Positions 47,340-61,002 of a stretch of DNA of 64,000 bases are shown here, in pieces. Positions within the stretch are counted from its first letter, which is position 1. Each line of letters starts with the position of its first letter. The translations under genes were made by a program, and so were the position numbers. A model generated the notes under the pieces. The model saw nothing but the letters and a program-made list of their open reading frames with translations. It was not told the DNA's origin and ran no database searches. Origin of the DNA: Felis catus (taxonomy: Eukaryota). The DNA lies in NCBI RefSeq assembly GCF_018350175.1, contig NC_058383.1, positions 558,001-622,000 on the forward strand, in the 5' to 3' direction.

Positions 47340-47525
47340 GCGTGCCGGGCAGACTGACAGCCACAGCAACACGCGGCCGGCGGGCGCCCCAGGTGTGCAC
47401 CCGGAGCCGCGCCGCACGTGTAAATGCACGCCGGGGCCCAAGACTGCATCCCCAGAGGAGCACAGAATCTCTCAGGAGCCTTTTCTGATATTGAGAAGAT
47501 GCTCAAATGGCAATACTTTGAGTAC
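47340..47525. mobile_element. Partial MER33-like hAT relic, truncated at the minisatellite
   Basis: agccacagcaacacgcggc...gtgtaaatgcacgccggg...gatattgagaagatgctcaaatggcaatactttg parallels the element at 30475-30790. Confidence 0.5.
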
Positions 47526-47526
47526 A

Positions 47527-48226
47527 CACGAGGCCCCGGATCGTCAGACTCAGGAACACGGGAGGACACGCACTGGGACACACTCCCGCGAGGTCCCAGG
47601 GTCGTCACACTCAAGGACACGGGAGGACACGCACCGGGACCCACTCCCACGAGGTCCCGGGGTCGTCCAGACTCACGGACACAGGAGGACACGCACTGGG
47701 ACCCACTCCCACGAGGTCCCGGGGTCGTCAGACTCGCGGACACGGGAGGACACGCACTGGGACCCACTCCCACGAGGTCCAGGGGTGGGTCGTCAGACTC
47801 AGGGACACGAGAGGACACGCACTGGGACCCACTCCCACGAGGTCCCGGGGTCGTCAGACTCACGGACACGGGAGGACGCGCACTGGGACGCACTCTCACG
47901 AGGTCCAGGGATCGTCAGACTCACAGACACGGGAGGACACGCACTGGGACCCACTCCCACGAGGTCCCGGGGTCGTCAGACTCGCGGACACGGGAGGACA
48001 CGCACTGGGACCCACTCCCACGAGGCCCCGGGGTCGTCAGACTCGCGGACACGGGAGGACACGCACTGGGACCCACTCCCACGAGGCCCCGGTGTCGTCA
48101 GACTCATGGACACGGGAGGACCCACTCCCACGAGGTCCCGGGGTCGTCAGACTCACGGACATGGGAGGACACGCACTGGGACCCACTCCCACGAGGTCCC
48201 GGGGTCGTCAGACTCGCGGACACGGA
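47527..48226. repeat. 61-bp minisatellite, about 11.6 copies
   Basis: Unit CACGAGGTCCCGGGGTCGTCAGACTCGCGGACACGGGAGGACACGCACTGGGACCCACTCC; copies start near 47527, 47587, 47648, 47710, 47771, 47836, 47897, 47958, 48019, 48080 (12-bp deletion), 48129 and 48190 (partial). Confidence 0.97.
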
Positions 48227-48440
48227 GGAGACAGTGGGGCCGGGGCTGGGGGAGCACGTGGAGGTCTGTGTGTAACAGGACGGAGTCTCAGGGTGGGGAC
48301 ATGGAACGTTCCGGAGCCGGACGGTGGGGAGGGCTGCACAGCAGCATGAATGTGCTCAGTGGCCCTGTATTTTTTAAAATGGTTAAGATGGCAAAGCTCA
48401 CGTTATGTATATTTTTGCACAATAAAAACAAAAGAAAAAC
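48227..48440 (+). mobile_element. LINE-1 (L1MB-like) 3' terminus with AATAAA and A-rich tail
   Basis: ctgcacagcagcatgaatgtgctcagtggcc...aaaatggttaagatggcaaagctcacgttatgtatatttttgcacaataaaaa is the characteristic L1MB end. Confidence 0.8.
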
Positions 48441-48479
48441 CCTCCTCTGTTAAAGATTTCAGACCAAAGCCCAACGTGG

Positions 48480-49702
48480 GAAGAGGTACTTCGTGGCACA
48501 TTTAATACACATGCAGCGTTGAAACTTCACGGTACGCATGGCGGCTCAGGCATCACAGAAAATCCACGGGCAAAGGCAGGGCTGGCCGGGGTCGCCTCAC
48601 ACTGGCGGCTTCCCAGACGTGCGTAGGAAGGGCAAAATCGGGCTAACTGCACGACCTCGTTCTCACGTCTGTCACCAGGGGCCACCGTGGCTCTCTGTCC
48701 TGCCCCCGGGCCTCTCTAGCTCCAGCTGACGCGGACCGAAAACACATTTAAGTGGGGTTTCAACCGATCGTCGACCCGGGCCGGTGTGGGGCCTGTTTGG
48801 TTTTTATCTTTCCTGCTCCGGGAGGATGGAAAGCACCTGTCTCCCGGGGCAAGGGCTCGTGTCCAGTGGGGCACCGCCGGACAAGTGAGAAGGAGCCCCT
48901 GGCCGTCACAACCGTACCCAGGGTGTGTCTGGAAAGCCCCTCCTCCCCCTCAGAAGGTCCCCAAGGAGCTGCTCTGCAAAGAAGCGAATACCATGCGGCC
49001 CCCAGCCTGACTCTGAGAGAACCGTGCTCCCTGGGTCGTGGAAAGCGTCCAACTCCTGATGTCTCCTTCCTGTCCTGCTGTCCGGCCCAGCGAGGGTGAC
49101 TGTCTGGCACGCTGGCCATTCCGAGGGGCGAGTCTCTGGAAAGGTGGGGACGCACACTCGACCACATCTCTCCTCTAGGGGCTCCCGCGAGCCTGGGCCC
49201 CGGGGTGGGGGGGGCTCGCCTGCGGCCAGATGAGGCCCCCTCCTGTCTGAGGCAGGGGCCGCTTTCGGTCACTCTCCTGCCTGGCGTCTCCGACAGGACC
49301 CCCTGGAAACAGAGGATCCCCGGGGGACACCCCCTTTCACGTCACTGCACCCCACTCAGACTGCAGCCCTGGTGGCCTGGCCCCTGGGGCACAGGGGCGA
49401 GCGCACGTCCCGACCCGGCCAGCCCAGCACCCCCCTCCCACCCCGGGCTGGCCCGGACTCACAGCTGACTCCTGCACCCCCAAGACTCGGGGAGGAGTGA
49501 GGCTGGGTCCCACAAGCGGCAGAGGGGAAGGCCTGGGGGGTCTTGAGGGCCGTTTGTTTTTGAAACGCACGAGGTGACCGTTTTTTTCCAAACAGGAGTC
49601 CGGAGGAAGGGGCGGCTCCGCGGAGTTGGGGCGCCCGCCCCCACGGCCCGCGGACACGGGAACAGGCCAGCACACGGAAGCGGGGCTGCGGGGCCGCGGG
49701 GC
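48480..49702 (-). other. PRKAR1B: PRKAR1B 3' UTR
   Basis: Lies between the TGA at 49703-49705 and the ATTAAA at 48501-48506; end approximate. Confidence 0.6.
48501..48506 (-). terminator. PRKAR1B: Putative PRKAR1B poly(A) signal ATTAAA
   Basis: Minus strand GCATGTGTATTAAATGTGCC; the first canonical-type hexamer I found downstream of the stop (~1.2 kb). Confidence 0.6.
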
Positions 49703-50173
<471 letters not shown>

Positions 50174-50198
50174 TCAGAGCCCTTCCAGGGCTCCCCTA

Positions 50199-50333
<135 letters not shown>

Positions 50334-51804
50334 TCAGCAGTTGGGGGGGTCACAGGCGAGGGGGCATGCGCAACCCCCCCTCCAGCTCCCGTCCGCCTGC
50401 TCCCCGTCTAAACCGAAGTCAGGCGTTTCCTCCTTGGAGACAGAAGGGTGTGAGGTCAGAGGCCACCGCAGGCCGGGCAGTGGGGAGAATCTTTGGGGGC
50501 AACCCGGGCTGACCTCGGGCTAGCTCCCAAGGACTTGGCGCTCCAGTGGGATGGGCGTGGTCTAAGGTCATGCCCCCAGGGAGCAGCGGGGGCCCCTCCC
50601 GAGCGGGGGTGGGGGGTCTGCAGAGGCTCAATGATTAACACGGAGCCCACGGAGCCGCCTCACACGCGGGGAGCCGCAGACGGGCTCTGACCCCAGGCCC
50701 CCTCACCTGCCAAGCGCCTCAGGCCAGTCCCCTGTCTGGAGCCCCCCCGACTCTACACCTGTGAGGATCAGAAGTGAGGCTTTGTAAACTGCCGGGAGCA
50801 TCCAGCCGGCGCTCAGCCCTGCTCAGTGGATGTGCATAAACAGCATCACTCCTGCAGCTGAGCCCCACGGCCGGGCTGAACGGCCTCCGGAATAACCGAG
50901 CCTCTGGGACAGGCTGCCGACTCCTTCACCGCTGCCGAGGGGGCTGAGGCCCGGGGTGGACGAGGGCCCCTGTACCCTCTGCTGCCCCGGGGCACCCGGG
51001 CCCTCAGCCTATCAGGCGCGTCCGCGGCCCCGTGCCCTGGCAGCACCGACAGACGTGATCCTGATCCAAGGGGGGGCTCAGTTTACCCAGCTCAGGTCGC
51101 CGGCCAGGCCGGCTACCGCCTCACCGCAGGCTGGGGGAGACGCCGTGAGAAGACCCTGCTGGTGCCGCCGTGCCTGGAATCTCCGGGCACCGATCGGCAG
51201 CCGCCCCCCCCCCCCCACCGCCGGCAGCTGGATCCCCGCGCTCACCCCTGCACCGGCCATGGGGCCGCTTGGCTCGTGGGCGTCTGGTGTGTTTATGAAG
51301 CCAGCTGATGGATGGAGCCAGACGTCTAAACAGCAGACCGATGCCGCCACTGCCCGGGAGGCGAGGGTGGCAGGGCCTGGAGCACACGTGCTCCCTGCCC
51401 AACCCCAGAAGGCACAGAGTCCTGGGCTGGGAGCAAGGCTGAGGGGACTCACAGGCTCTGACATCGTCAGGAGGCACAGGGAAGGTCACCCCAGCACCGC
51501 GTGCGGGCCCTCCGTGCCCTGGGCTGCTGAGACGGGCGTGATTTTTCTCAGAGCCCCGTTGTGCCCACCTAATTCTTTGACATTTATGTCCTATAATGAT
51601 GACGTACGTGACCTACACGCCTTCCACTCCCGTTTACATAATTTCCATTTTACAACTGGGACTGTTTTCCTCTTTCAAAACCCCAGCAGTGGAACCGGAT
51701 GTGTCCTGTGTGTACAATCAATGACACTCCAGGCCGAGAGCGTCCGTTCAGATGCAAAGCCAGCTGCAGGGGCCTGGGGGCTCCTGGAATATCTGTGAGG
51801 CAGT

Positions 51805-52120
51805 GGAACCAGAAGATGGGCAGCTGATTCAGTGGCCCAGACAGGTGTCAGGGCCCGAGGTTCACCCCTGCGTCCTGCTCTAGTGACCTCAGGCCCTCAT
51901 GGTGGCACAGGAGCTGCCGCGGTTCCGGGAGTTGCCAAGTGTCTCCCCATGCTATCAGCAGGCACAGAACCCACTGCTTCCTCCTGCAGCTTCTCTCCTC
52001 AGCAGGAAAACCTTCCAGAAGCTCCCAGCAACCTTCCCTCACGCCACATTGGCCCAAACAGGTCGCACGCTCACAGAGGCCCAGCCGAGAGGACGGGCAG
52101 CAGTGGGAGGGGCTGAGGAT
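51805..52120. mobile_element. Old MaLR (MLT1J/K-like) LTR fragment
   Basis: gctgccgcggttccggg...ggaaaaccttccagaagctcccagcaaccttccctcacgccacattggcccaaacaggtcgcacgc resembles MLT1J/K. Confidence 0.5.
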
Positions 52121-55100
52121 CAGGTGGTGTTCCCAGGAAGGAGTAGGGATGGGTCTGGGTGGGCCAGCACTGGTCAGGAGACCACCATCCACCGAGAGAC
52201 CAGCAGCATTTCCTTCCCGGGGGCGCACAGAGCAATGGCCACATGAGACGAGGCAGGCCACGACCGTGGACGCTGGGGAGCACGTGCACACAGGTATGTC
52301 ACCGTCACAGCCAGACGGAAGCAAGGTCGTCACGCATGAAGCAGGGAGAGCCCACGGCAAACACACGGCAGGGGAGCACCACTGTCGCCGGCCGCAGCCC
52401 CTGCCTCCTTTGTGGGTAGACGTGACCACCCTCTCCCGGATGGACAGATGGACAGATGGACAGGGCGTGCGCTGCCCCCCGCGGCTGTGACGTTGACCGC
52501 GGGCGCCAAGGCAAGGGGGCCCCAGGGCCACGTGGAGCCACCTCCCGGCCCAGAACGTGCTCACGAGAACACGCTTCCTTGCGCTCTCGGGCGTGTGGTT
52601 TCGGGGTCTCCTGATCTGGCGGTGCCGGCAGACGCTGTGGGTGCAGACCCTGCGCCCGCGGGGCCGCGGTTCCCACGACTCGCTGCCCAGGCTGCCGACG
52701 GGGCTGCACAGACACCCCCGAGGGACCGCCAGCCGGAATGTTCTGGGCCGGAGAAACACTTGCCAGAAGGCTAGACCGCACTCGTCAAATTCCTCTCTCA
52801 GTGACTCTAGGCCCGGCCCGAAAATAATCGGGTCTCGCCGAACGCGGCCTGGGAGGGCCCAGGAGAAAAGCATTAGCACCGGCGGCAGGGGCGGGATTCC
52901 TAGATGACTCCCTCCTTCGGCGCCGTTTCAGTTTTAAAAACCGACGAGATTTCCGTGGCTCGGATTTTCTCCAGTGGGCGGTGCGATGCCCACAGCGAGG
53001 GGAACCTGTCAGGGTGGCACGCGGGGGGGCACTTGGGGGCGGCTTCTGCTCCAGGACCCCAGCCGCACACCCTTTTACTCATTCGTTCGGGGGCTCAGTG
53101 CCTGCAGGGCGACTCCCTGGACCCCTGGACCCACCACCCCGGGCGGACGACAGGCTCGTGCGGGACCCGCGTCCGTCAGACCCTGTACGCGCCCCTGAAC
53201 AACTGAGCGCCGCCAGGCAGGGGCGGGAAAGCCGTGAGAGACGCACCAGCCCCACCTGAAGCCAGAGCCCGCCGACCTCAGCTCCGCGGAGCGCCGGCCA
53301 CAGCCGCGGGGTCCCCCCACTTCCCAGCCTCAGCCTCCTCTTCCACAGAGTGGGTACAGGACCGTTCGGCCTCCCGGAGCAGCGGCCCGACCGTCTGCAC
53401 TTCAGAAGTAGCTCCATCCCCGTCAGATGGGACAGGTGGCCGTGAGGGCAGTGGGCGCTTGAATAAGCGGAACAGAAAACACCCGTGGCTGCGGCGTTCA
53501 CGAGACGTTCCTGCCCGTTCCTGCCTGACGCCCGGGGACCCCTGTGGACGCACCGCCGTCCGTGTTTGTGTGCTTATGCACAGGCAGCGTGCTGCACGTC
53601 TGCACGCGCACGGGAGTAACTGAGCCCGCGGGTGAGAGCACCTCGCAGACAGCCCCAGGCTCCCCCTGCATCGGCGAGTGGGCGCCCGTCGAGCTCCTCT
53701 CTGTTCCCCCCGAGGGGCCGGGCCGACTCTGCCAGAGCCCCGGTCCCCCCTCCCTGCGGCACGGCGGAGAGCCACGGGGCAAGGGCATCACACCCCGCGG
53801 CCGCCCACACCCTGGCCGGGTTCGCACTCGGGTCCAAATGTCAGCCGTGAGGCCGGGGCCCCAGAGCGTGCAGCGCCACAAGCCCTGGCTGCTGGCGGTC
53901 CTTCCTCCAAACCCACGGTCTGTCTCATCCTCCCCCAAGTCAGGCGACGTCTGTCAGGAGCAGGGGGAAGCGGCCGGTGACCGATGCTCCAGCGGGCACA
54001 CACGATGTCCGGGCTGCACGCAGGTGGCCGCACCAAACGTGCCCTGGAGCATGACGGGAGGGGCCTGCGGGTCCCAGCCCACGGCTCCCTTCCCCCCGGG
54101 CTCTGCCCCCAATGTCTGGCCGGTTCCTCCCTGCCACCCGCAGCCTCAGAGGCACCAGGGAGTGGGTCCGAGGCTTCCTGGCCACACACGCCCTGCTTCG
54201 AGTGAGGGCAGGAGAGAGGGACCACCACCCAGGGCTCCTTCCAGGCTGGGGGGGGGGGGCGCGGGCAGCCCGCTGCAGTCCACTCTGGGGTCAAAGGTTC
54301 TGGTGCTCAGCCGAGCCCAACGGCCACCAGCCCCGTCCCCAGGAACCACCGTCTGCAGACTTCCTGTCTGTGCTGGCTGGCGGCCTCCACCCGGGGCACC
54401 AGAGCCACGGGTAGGCTCCTGTCCCAACGCCTCCCCGGGGGGTGGGCGACCCAACCCAGACCACACAGGGCACCGTGGCCAGCAACTACGCTCCAGCCCT
54501 GCGCCCGGGGTGAAGGCCTGAGCAAGAAACAGAGTCTGGACGTGCAGACCTTGGGGCGGGGGTCACGTTTTCTGTCTGGGAGAAACATCCCCCAGACTTT
54601 CACCACGTCTCTGACGCCGATAACAGAAGCCAGGAAGAACCCGTCAAGGAAAAGGCACTTAGGGACGCACACGAGCCGCCATGGGGACGGCGGTGAAGGG
54701 GGGGATGGCGGGTGGGGAGGAGGCAATGTTTTCCTAAAGACGTTTCTGTGTCACCAGACTTGTTCCAGGAAGTGACACTTCGGTGGCACGATTTTGTTAA
54801 TGTTTTGTTTTTCTAAGGCTCCCATCGAGGTCTAGCCTCGGCTTCCAGCAAGCTGACTTGTGTGGTGATCCAGAATGTTCTGGGGCAGACAGTGCCAAGG
54901 CCCCGAGCCACACGACAATGCACTTAATCCACGGCGGCACAGAAGGTGACGTACGTGCCCTCACGTCCGTGTGCCGAGGCCGATCAGACACGAAGGCCTG
55001 GCCTGCCAGGTCCTGCCTGAGGGGTCGGCCAGGTGTGCAGGCAGGTGAGCTGGCGAGGGGGTCGTCGGGCCCTGACGAGGAAGGAGACATCACAGCGGCC

Positions 55101-55364
55101 TGCACGGGACGGGCCTGGGAGGCCCCCCTGGCGTCGGAGGGAGGCCGTCCAGGCACGGAGCGGGCACCAGTGTGGGTGGAAGCAAACCCCTTGCACCCGG
55201 CAACCGCGCCCCCGGGCCACACAAAAACCGGCGGCTAGGTGTTCAGGGCGGCTACGCCCACAGCAAGCATGCTGCCCTAAGCAAGCAAGCGGCTATGCGG
55301 GGTCAGGTCCAGACGAGGGGCCGCGATTCTGCACCACAAAGGACTGCATGCGATCACCGATAAC

Positions 55365-55775
55365 CTGGACTGCACGCTGATTCCAACGACAGGACGTCCT
55401 GGAAGAGGCGGAGCTGCGCAGACAGAAGACGGGGGCTGCCTGGGCTCAGGGCGGAGGGAGGAGGGAGGAGCAGGGGGAGCACAGGGGACTTTTAGGGCGG
55501 CGAACAGCGCGAGGGACACGGGACGGTGGACACCTGCCGTCCCACGTTCGCCCAAACCCACAGAACGTGCACCCACCCAGAGGGACCCTCCCGTGACCCA
55601 TGGACTCCGGGTGATGACAGCGTGTCAGTGTGGGGTCACCGGCTGTGACAAATCCACCATCTGGGGGACACCGATAATGGGGGAGTCGGGGGGGAGTGGG
55701 GAATTACGGGAAATCTCTGTCCATTCAGCTCAACGTTGCGGTGAATCTAAAACTACCCTAAAAAAATGAAGTCTC
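55365..55775 (+). mobile_element. LINE-1 (L1MC-like) 3' end
   Basis: cccaaacccacagaacgtgcac...catggactccgggtgatgacagcgtgtcagtgtggggtcacc...gggaaatctctgt...gtgaatctaaaactaccctaaaaaaatgaagtct follows the L1MC 3' consensus; may extend further upstream. Confidence 0.8.
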
Positions 55776-55991
55776 AGGGCACCTGGGGGCTTAGTCAGGT
55801 GAGCGTCTGACTCTTGAGCTCGGCTCAAGTCATGATCTCGTGGTTTGTGGGATCGAGCTGACAGCTCGGAGCCTGCTTGGGATTCTCTCTCCTTCTCTCC
55901 TGCCCGCCCCCCCTAGCCCCCAGCTCGTGAACACTCACGTGTGTGCGAGCGCTCTCTCCCTCTCAAAATAAATAAATAAACTTAAAAAAAA
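55776..55991 (+). mobile_element. Older CAN-SINE inserted in the L1MC tail, with internal deletion
   Basis: GGGCACCTGGGGGCTTAGTCAGGTGAGCGTCTGACTCTTGA head, TCAAAATAAATAAATAAACTTAAAAAAA tail; degenerate TSD aaaatgaagtct/aaaataaaatct. Confidence 0.9.
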
Positions 55992-57636
55992 TAAAATCTT
56001 AAAAATCAGAGAGAGAGAGAGAGAACTTCTCTGAACTCCTGCTCTCTCTTATTCTGGGGGTCTGGCCGACGAGCCAGCAAGCACCTGTGACCTCGGGCAG
56101 CCCCGCGCCAGGCCCGCAGAACAACGGTCTGGGCCAATCGCTATCCCCGGATGCAGACTGGAGGCCACTTCCCTCTGTTGGTTTCTGTCTGCAGAACGTT
56201 TCCTGCACCTCAGGCCCCGCCCCAACCTGCCCAGCACACCCTCTCCGGCGGGACCGTCCCTGCTACCTCGTGGCTCCAGGGCCCCCAGCTACAGGGCCCT
56301 CCTGCCGAGGCCCGGCCCTCCTCCACGCGGACCCAGGGCCAGTCTGTGCCAACAGACTGGGACCACTTCCCTCCTTGGCAAGTAAACACAGAAGCGCCCG
56401 TAGCTGCTGTCCCCACCCCGCCTCGGCCTGGCACGCAAGGGCATGGCACCAGCCCAGCCACGAATGGCCCTGGGCACAGCCCACGGGGGAGGTCTCCTCC
56501 CCATCCCCCAAGATCCCGGTGAATCGTGCATGCCCACCAGCCTGGTCTGTGTGTCTGAGGGGCCAACAGGGCCAGTCCCCGGACAGACCGTGGCCTCGGG
56601 AGCAGTGGTTATGCCTTTGCTCCAACACTGTGGACGTTTACAAAATTAACTTACTAAGAGAGCAGATAAACCAAATCTGGAGTTTCCGTGACAGTGTCTC
56701 CCCAGCTGCCAGCCGGTGGGCCTCAGGGGGTCCTCCTGGGCATGCAAAGTCAGGCCCGCCCACCTCCTTGCCAGTTCTGGAGACCAGGAGCCGGGAGTCT
56801 CAGGGCCTGGAACAGCTGGGGGCCTGGCCAGTTCTGCACCCGCTCGCCCTCTCTCTGCCCGGAGCCCAATCCCTGAGGAGGCCTGGACGTGGTAGGTCCC
56901 ACCTGGTGCGCCTGCCGGCTCTTTGGGAGGGAAGTGGTCTAGAGAACACGGGGCCACGCCCACCCCACCGGCAGCCACGGGTCAGGCCCTGGGAGGACCC
57001 AGGGGCTTTGCACTCTCCGGGTCTGTCGGCCGGGTTTACCAGGCCGACCTCGCTCATCCACTGAGGATGTTTTCAAGAGCTCTGGGGGTCTGGTGTCGTG
57101 GGGATTCAGACATAGCAGGTGCACGCACAGAGCCGGGAGACCACCTTGCCCAGGAGGGGCACTGCTCCGGCACAGAGACCCTCAGGGCTCAGGCGAGGCC
57201 CCCGGTCTTGCAGCCCAGCCCTGCCTTCCCGGCTGGGCTCCCACCGGACGGCAGACGTTCATGACTCACCAAGTGTCTGTAGGGCCATTTCCCGCACCTG
57301 TGCAGGGCAGGGGGTCTCCACCAGCCTTGGCCACACCTCGGGGACCAGCAGAGAGAAGACGAATAAGCAAACCCCACGACCATCTTCCAAAACGGAGCGG
57401 AGACACTCAGCCAGGCAAAGGCATGAGGGCGGGGACCCGGCCCCACTTACTGACTGGAGGAAAGGAGGCCAGCCACGCAGAGCCCCCAGCCAGGGCCCCC
57501 CAGCCCATGCTCCCTACGGCAGCCGCGTCTGCAGGCGCCCAGGGCCCTGCACCTGCCCGGCACCCGGGCCTGGGCCTCAGGGGCCCCACACCCCCCGCAC
57601 AGACACCTGTCTATTCCAGAAAAGCCGACAAGGCAC

Positions 57637-57957
57637 GTCAGTCGGGGTTCTCCAGACAGACAACCAATGGGACGTATATGTGTAGAGAGACGTCAAGTCC
57701 AGGAATTGGCTCACGGGACAGTGGGGACCGGGAGTCCAGAATCTATAGGGCTGGCCGGCAGGGGGTGTCTCCCCCGGGGGGACACGCGGGTCTTTCTTCT
57801 CTCAAGAAAAGCCTTCAACTGACTGGCTGAGGCCCACCCCTTCACTCAACATCAGCTCATGTCCATGCTAGTCCCATCTGAAAAATACCTTTGCAGAAAC
57901 ATCTAGACACCCGGGGACCGCGACTTGCTCAAGCCGACCCATCAAACTGACCCTGAT
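57637..57957. mobile_element. ERVL LTR (MLT2-like) with internal deletions
   Basis: gtcggggttctccagacagacaaccaatggg...ggaattggctcacg...ccttcaactgactggctgaggcccacc...aaaaatacctttgcagaaacatctaga...caagccgacccatcaaactgacc. Confidence 0.75.
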
Positions 57958-60780
57958 GGCAGGGAGCCTCGGGGCCCGGGCCCCTTTCCCACCATCTCCC
58001 TGTGCGCAGACCAGCCCCGCTGTGCGGGGGAGCTCACAGGCGGCCCAGGAACCGGGGGTTAACCCACTCCACTGTGTGCGTGTGCTGTTCACCAGCTGAA
58101 AGAGGACAGCTCAAACCAGACTGGCCACGCGCCCGAAAGCTTCTGCAAGAACATGGGCCACCCGTGCCTCGCCTCGCCCCAGGCCTGGCCTGGGGGGGTG
58201 GGAGGGGGTCTCTTCTCGTAAGGAAACATCGGCCACAGGATGGTCACTGGGGTTTCCAGAAGTCTCCAACCAACGGAACAGCCGTCGGAGGGAGAACGGC
58301 CGACCCAACAAAACACACGAGTAACACTACTGCTTCGTCCCACAACAGTCTGGGTCGGCTCGGGTCAGATGGAGGCTGGCTTCCCCACCCGAGGCACCAC
58401 TCAGACCAGGGAGCCACCAGGCAGCTCGCTGGGTGCTGTGGGGGAGCGAGGCTGGCAGGCTCGACCCAGGTGTGGCAGCTGTAGCCAGCGGGCCGCCTCT
58501 GGCCGTGTAGCAAACACCCAGGAAGCTGCATTTCAGGCCGAGAGCCTCGATTCCCGTGAACCCTGGGATCCCACCAGGCCCTACCGGACTTGGTTGATCA
58601 CAGAGGAAAAGGGGAAAAAAATCCAAGTTGCCAAGGAGACAACTTCAAATACATTTCCAGGAGGGTCGGGTTACATTCCAGAGCCGGTGCACGAGCCCCT
58701 GCCCCCATCCACAGGGAGGACGTGCAGGCACGGGGCCCCAGGCCCAGGGCGGGGCCCAGTGTCACTGTCACCCCACCGCCCTCCCTCGCACCTTCTCCTG
58801 GAGACCCCGCAGGGAGCCACACAGGCCCGCCCCGGGCACAGCACGAGACCCAGAAAGGTCCCTCTGCATCGTCGCCCATCACCCTGTGTGAATCACAGAG
58901 GGCAGTGCCATTCCAGAAAAGAATGAGGGGTGCCCGGACCCTCTTGTGGGACGCACACATGTGCACACATCACGCGGGAGCAAGGAGCAGGACCCCGGCC
59001 ACTGGGATGCAGGGCGCACGCTTGCTGGCTGTGTGGCCTGGGGCAGAGGCCCAGCCCTCCCTTGCCCCAGGAGGGACGCTGGCCCCTGACCAGGCCTCCC
59101 TGACAGGTGCCTGGGGGCTCACACAACGCCCGGCGCATCCTGGGCTCAGAAAGTCCCAGCTCACAACATCGGATTAACAAACCAGGTGACCACTCCCCTC
59201 CCTGGAGCTGTGTGAGGGCCCCCCACCCCCTCGCCAATCTGTGCCCATCACACGCGTTTAATGCTTTTTTTACCCGTGTCCTTGGACCCGGCTGGGAGGT
59301 CCAAGCCTTAGTCCACAGCAAATGATGGACAATTGTGTGGGCTGGCCACAGTTACTCCCTCAGCTCGGAGACCACGACCCCTGAGACCATGAACCTCAAA
59401 GCCTGCGAGGCCGGCAGACCAGACGCAAGGGCCGGGTGGGGACTGTGGCTAACAGGGGTCCTTTCCCACCCCTCCAGTCTGCCGATTGTGGCTAGGTGCC
59501 ACACGTTTACAGAGAAGTTAGATTCCCACTGCGATGAGAAAAGACCTTGATTTTTAAACACTGGTAATTAATTCAAATGTTTTAAAAAACCACCACGCAG
59601 ATGAATACAAACGCACCTCTGAGCCAAAGTGGCCCCGTGAGCACCAGCTTCTTATTAGTGAGTTGAAACCTAGGGCAAGAAAGGATTTGTGCCTTCGAGC
59701 CGGCACCACACCCTCCCCTTGGTCCCAGGTCATCAGAGGAGGGGCTCCACACGTGCACCCCTCGCGGGGACACACAGGCGGTTTCAGGGGTTGGTGGCTT
59801 AGAGCCACGGTCTGTCCCCCTCTCACCGGCCGCTCTCACCTAGGCACCCGCTAACGCCCGGGGACCACGGCTGCTCTCTGGAGGTGCAGTGGGCCGGACA
59901 CCCAAGGTGGGGCGTCCAGTGCCCGGAGCTCAGGGCCCCACCGATGAGCTGAGCCGTGTGGGTGTCTCAGCACGGCCGCTGGTGCCAGGAAGGAGGCGCC
60001 CCCACGACCAGCCTGGGTGTCCCGGCGAGTCAGACCCCGCTTGTCCAGGAAGCAGCGAGGACCCTGCGGTTGGTCACATCCAATGCAGATTTGGGGGTGG
60101 GGTCCAACGAAGTGGTGGCTGGAGCGACCCCCTCCACCCCCTCCTGGACCTCATGTTCTTAACCGGGAAATGCCAGGCCCACACAGACCCAGAGAGGGTG
60201 TCACGTCCGAGGCCACAGCAGAGGGGACATCACACACCAGCTCCTTTGAGGAGCAGGACAGGACCTCAAGGGTCTCCCCACCCCCCAAGCTTGTCACGGG
60301 AGGAAGAAGCCAGCGGGCACTCCCCTGGGACCGGCTCCACTCCCTGTCGACCTAGAATCAGAATTCATTCCGTTTTCTCCTTCCTTCCCTCTCCCTTTAG
60401 AAGGACTCATGACTCACGCAGCCGAGAACTGCTGGGGCTGGGGTCCTCCAGAAAGATTCACACGGCTGCCAGGGAGCCTGGGGCGAAGGAGCCACACGTG
60501 CCCCCCACCCACAGGCACCATGTGTCCCCGGTGGGTGGGTGTGGGGCTGGGACGGGCGCAGGGCGGGGGGCGGGGGTGGGTTGTGCCTCCGGTGCCCTGG
60601 CAGACCCACCTTCCAGAAATTTCAGGCGGGTGGCGGAAAGGAACCCTGACACGCCCTCCCGGGAGTCACAAACCAGATTTGTGTTTCCTGTCCAGGTCTC
60701 ACCGGTGCTGTTCGTGCTTCCTGTGCCGGCAGAGAGGGCTCCGCATCTCACCGGCACCGACGACCCGGCAAGGTCCCCTC

Positions 60781-61002
60781 TTGTTTTGTTTTTATTTTTA
60801 AAAACGTTTATTTTTGGGCGAGAGCGTGAGAGTGTGTGAGCAGGGGAAGGGCGGAGAGAGAGGGGGAGGGAGGGTCCCAAGCAAACTCTGCACCGTGAGC
60901 ACGGAGCCTGGCACGGGGCTCGATCCCACAAACCAGGAGACCGTGACCAGCCCCGAATGGCTGTCGAGAGTCAGACGTACCGACGGAGCCCCCAGGTGCC
61001 CC
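60781..61002 (-). mobile_element. Older CAN-SINE, minus strand
   Basis: Reverse complement begins GGGGCACCTGGGGGCTCCGTCGGT; GGGATCGAGCCCCG B box; AAAAATAAACGTTTTTAAAAATAAAAA tail. Confidence 0.9.

Noticed and set aside
47527..48226. Possible CRISPR-like array
   Set aside because: Units are contiguous tandem copies without unique spacers, there are no cas genes, and the DNA is mammalian.
47131..48453. 440-aa and 283-aa repetitive ORFs
   Set aside because: They are translations of the 61-bp minisatellite cycling through frames; the unit is L1 UTR-derived and not a multiple of 3.
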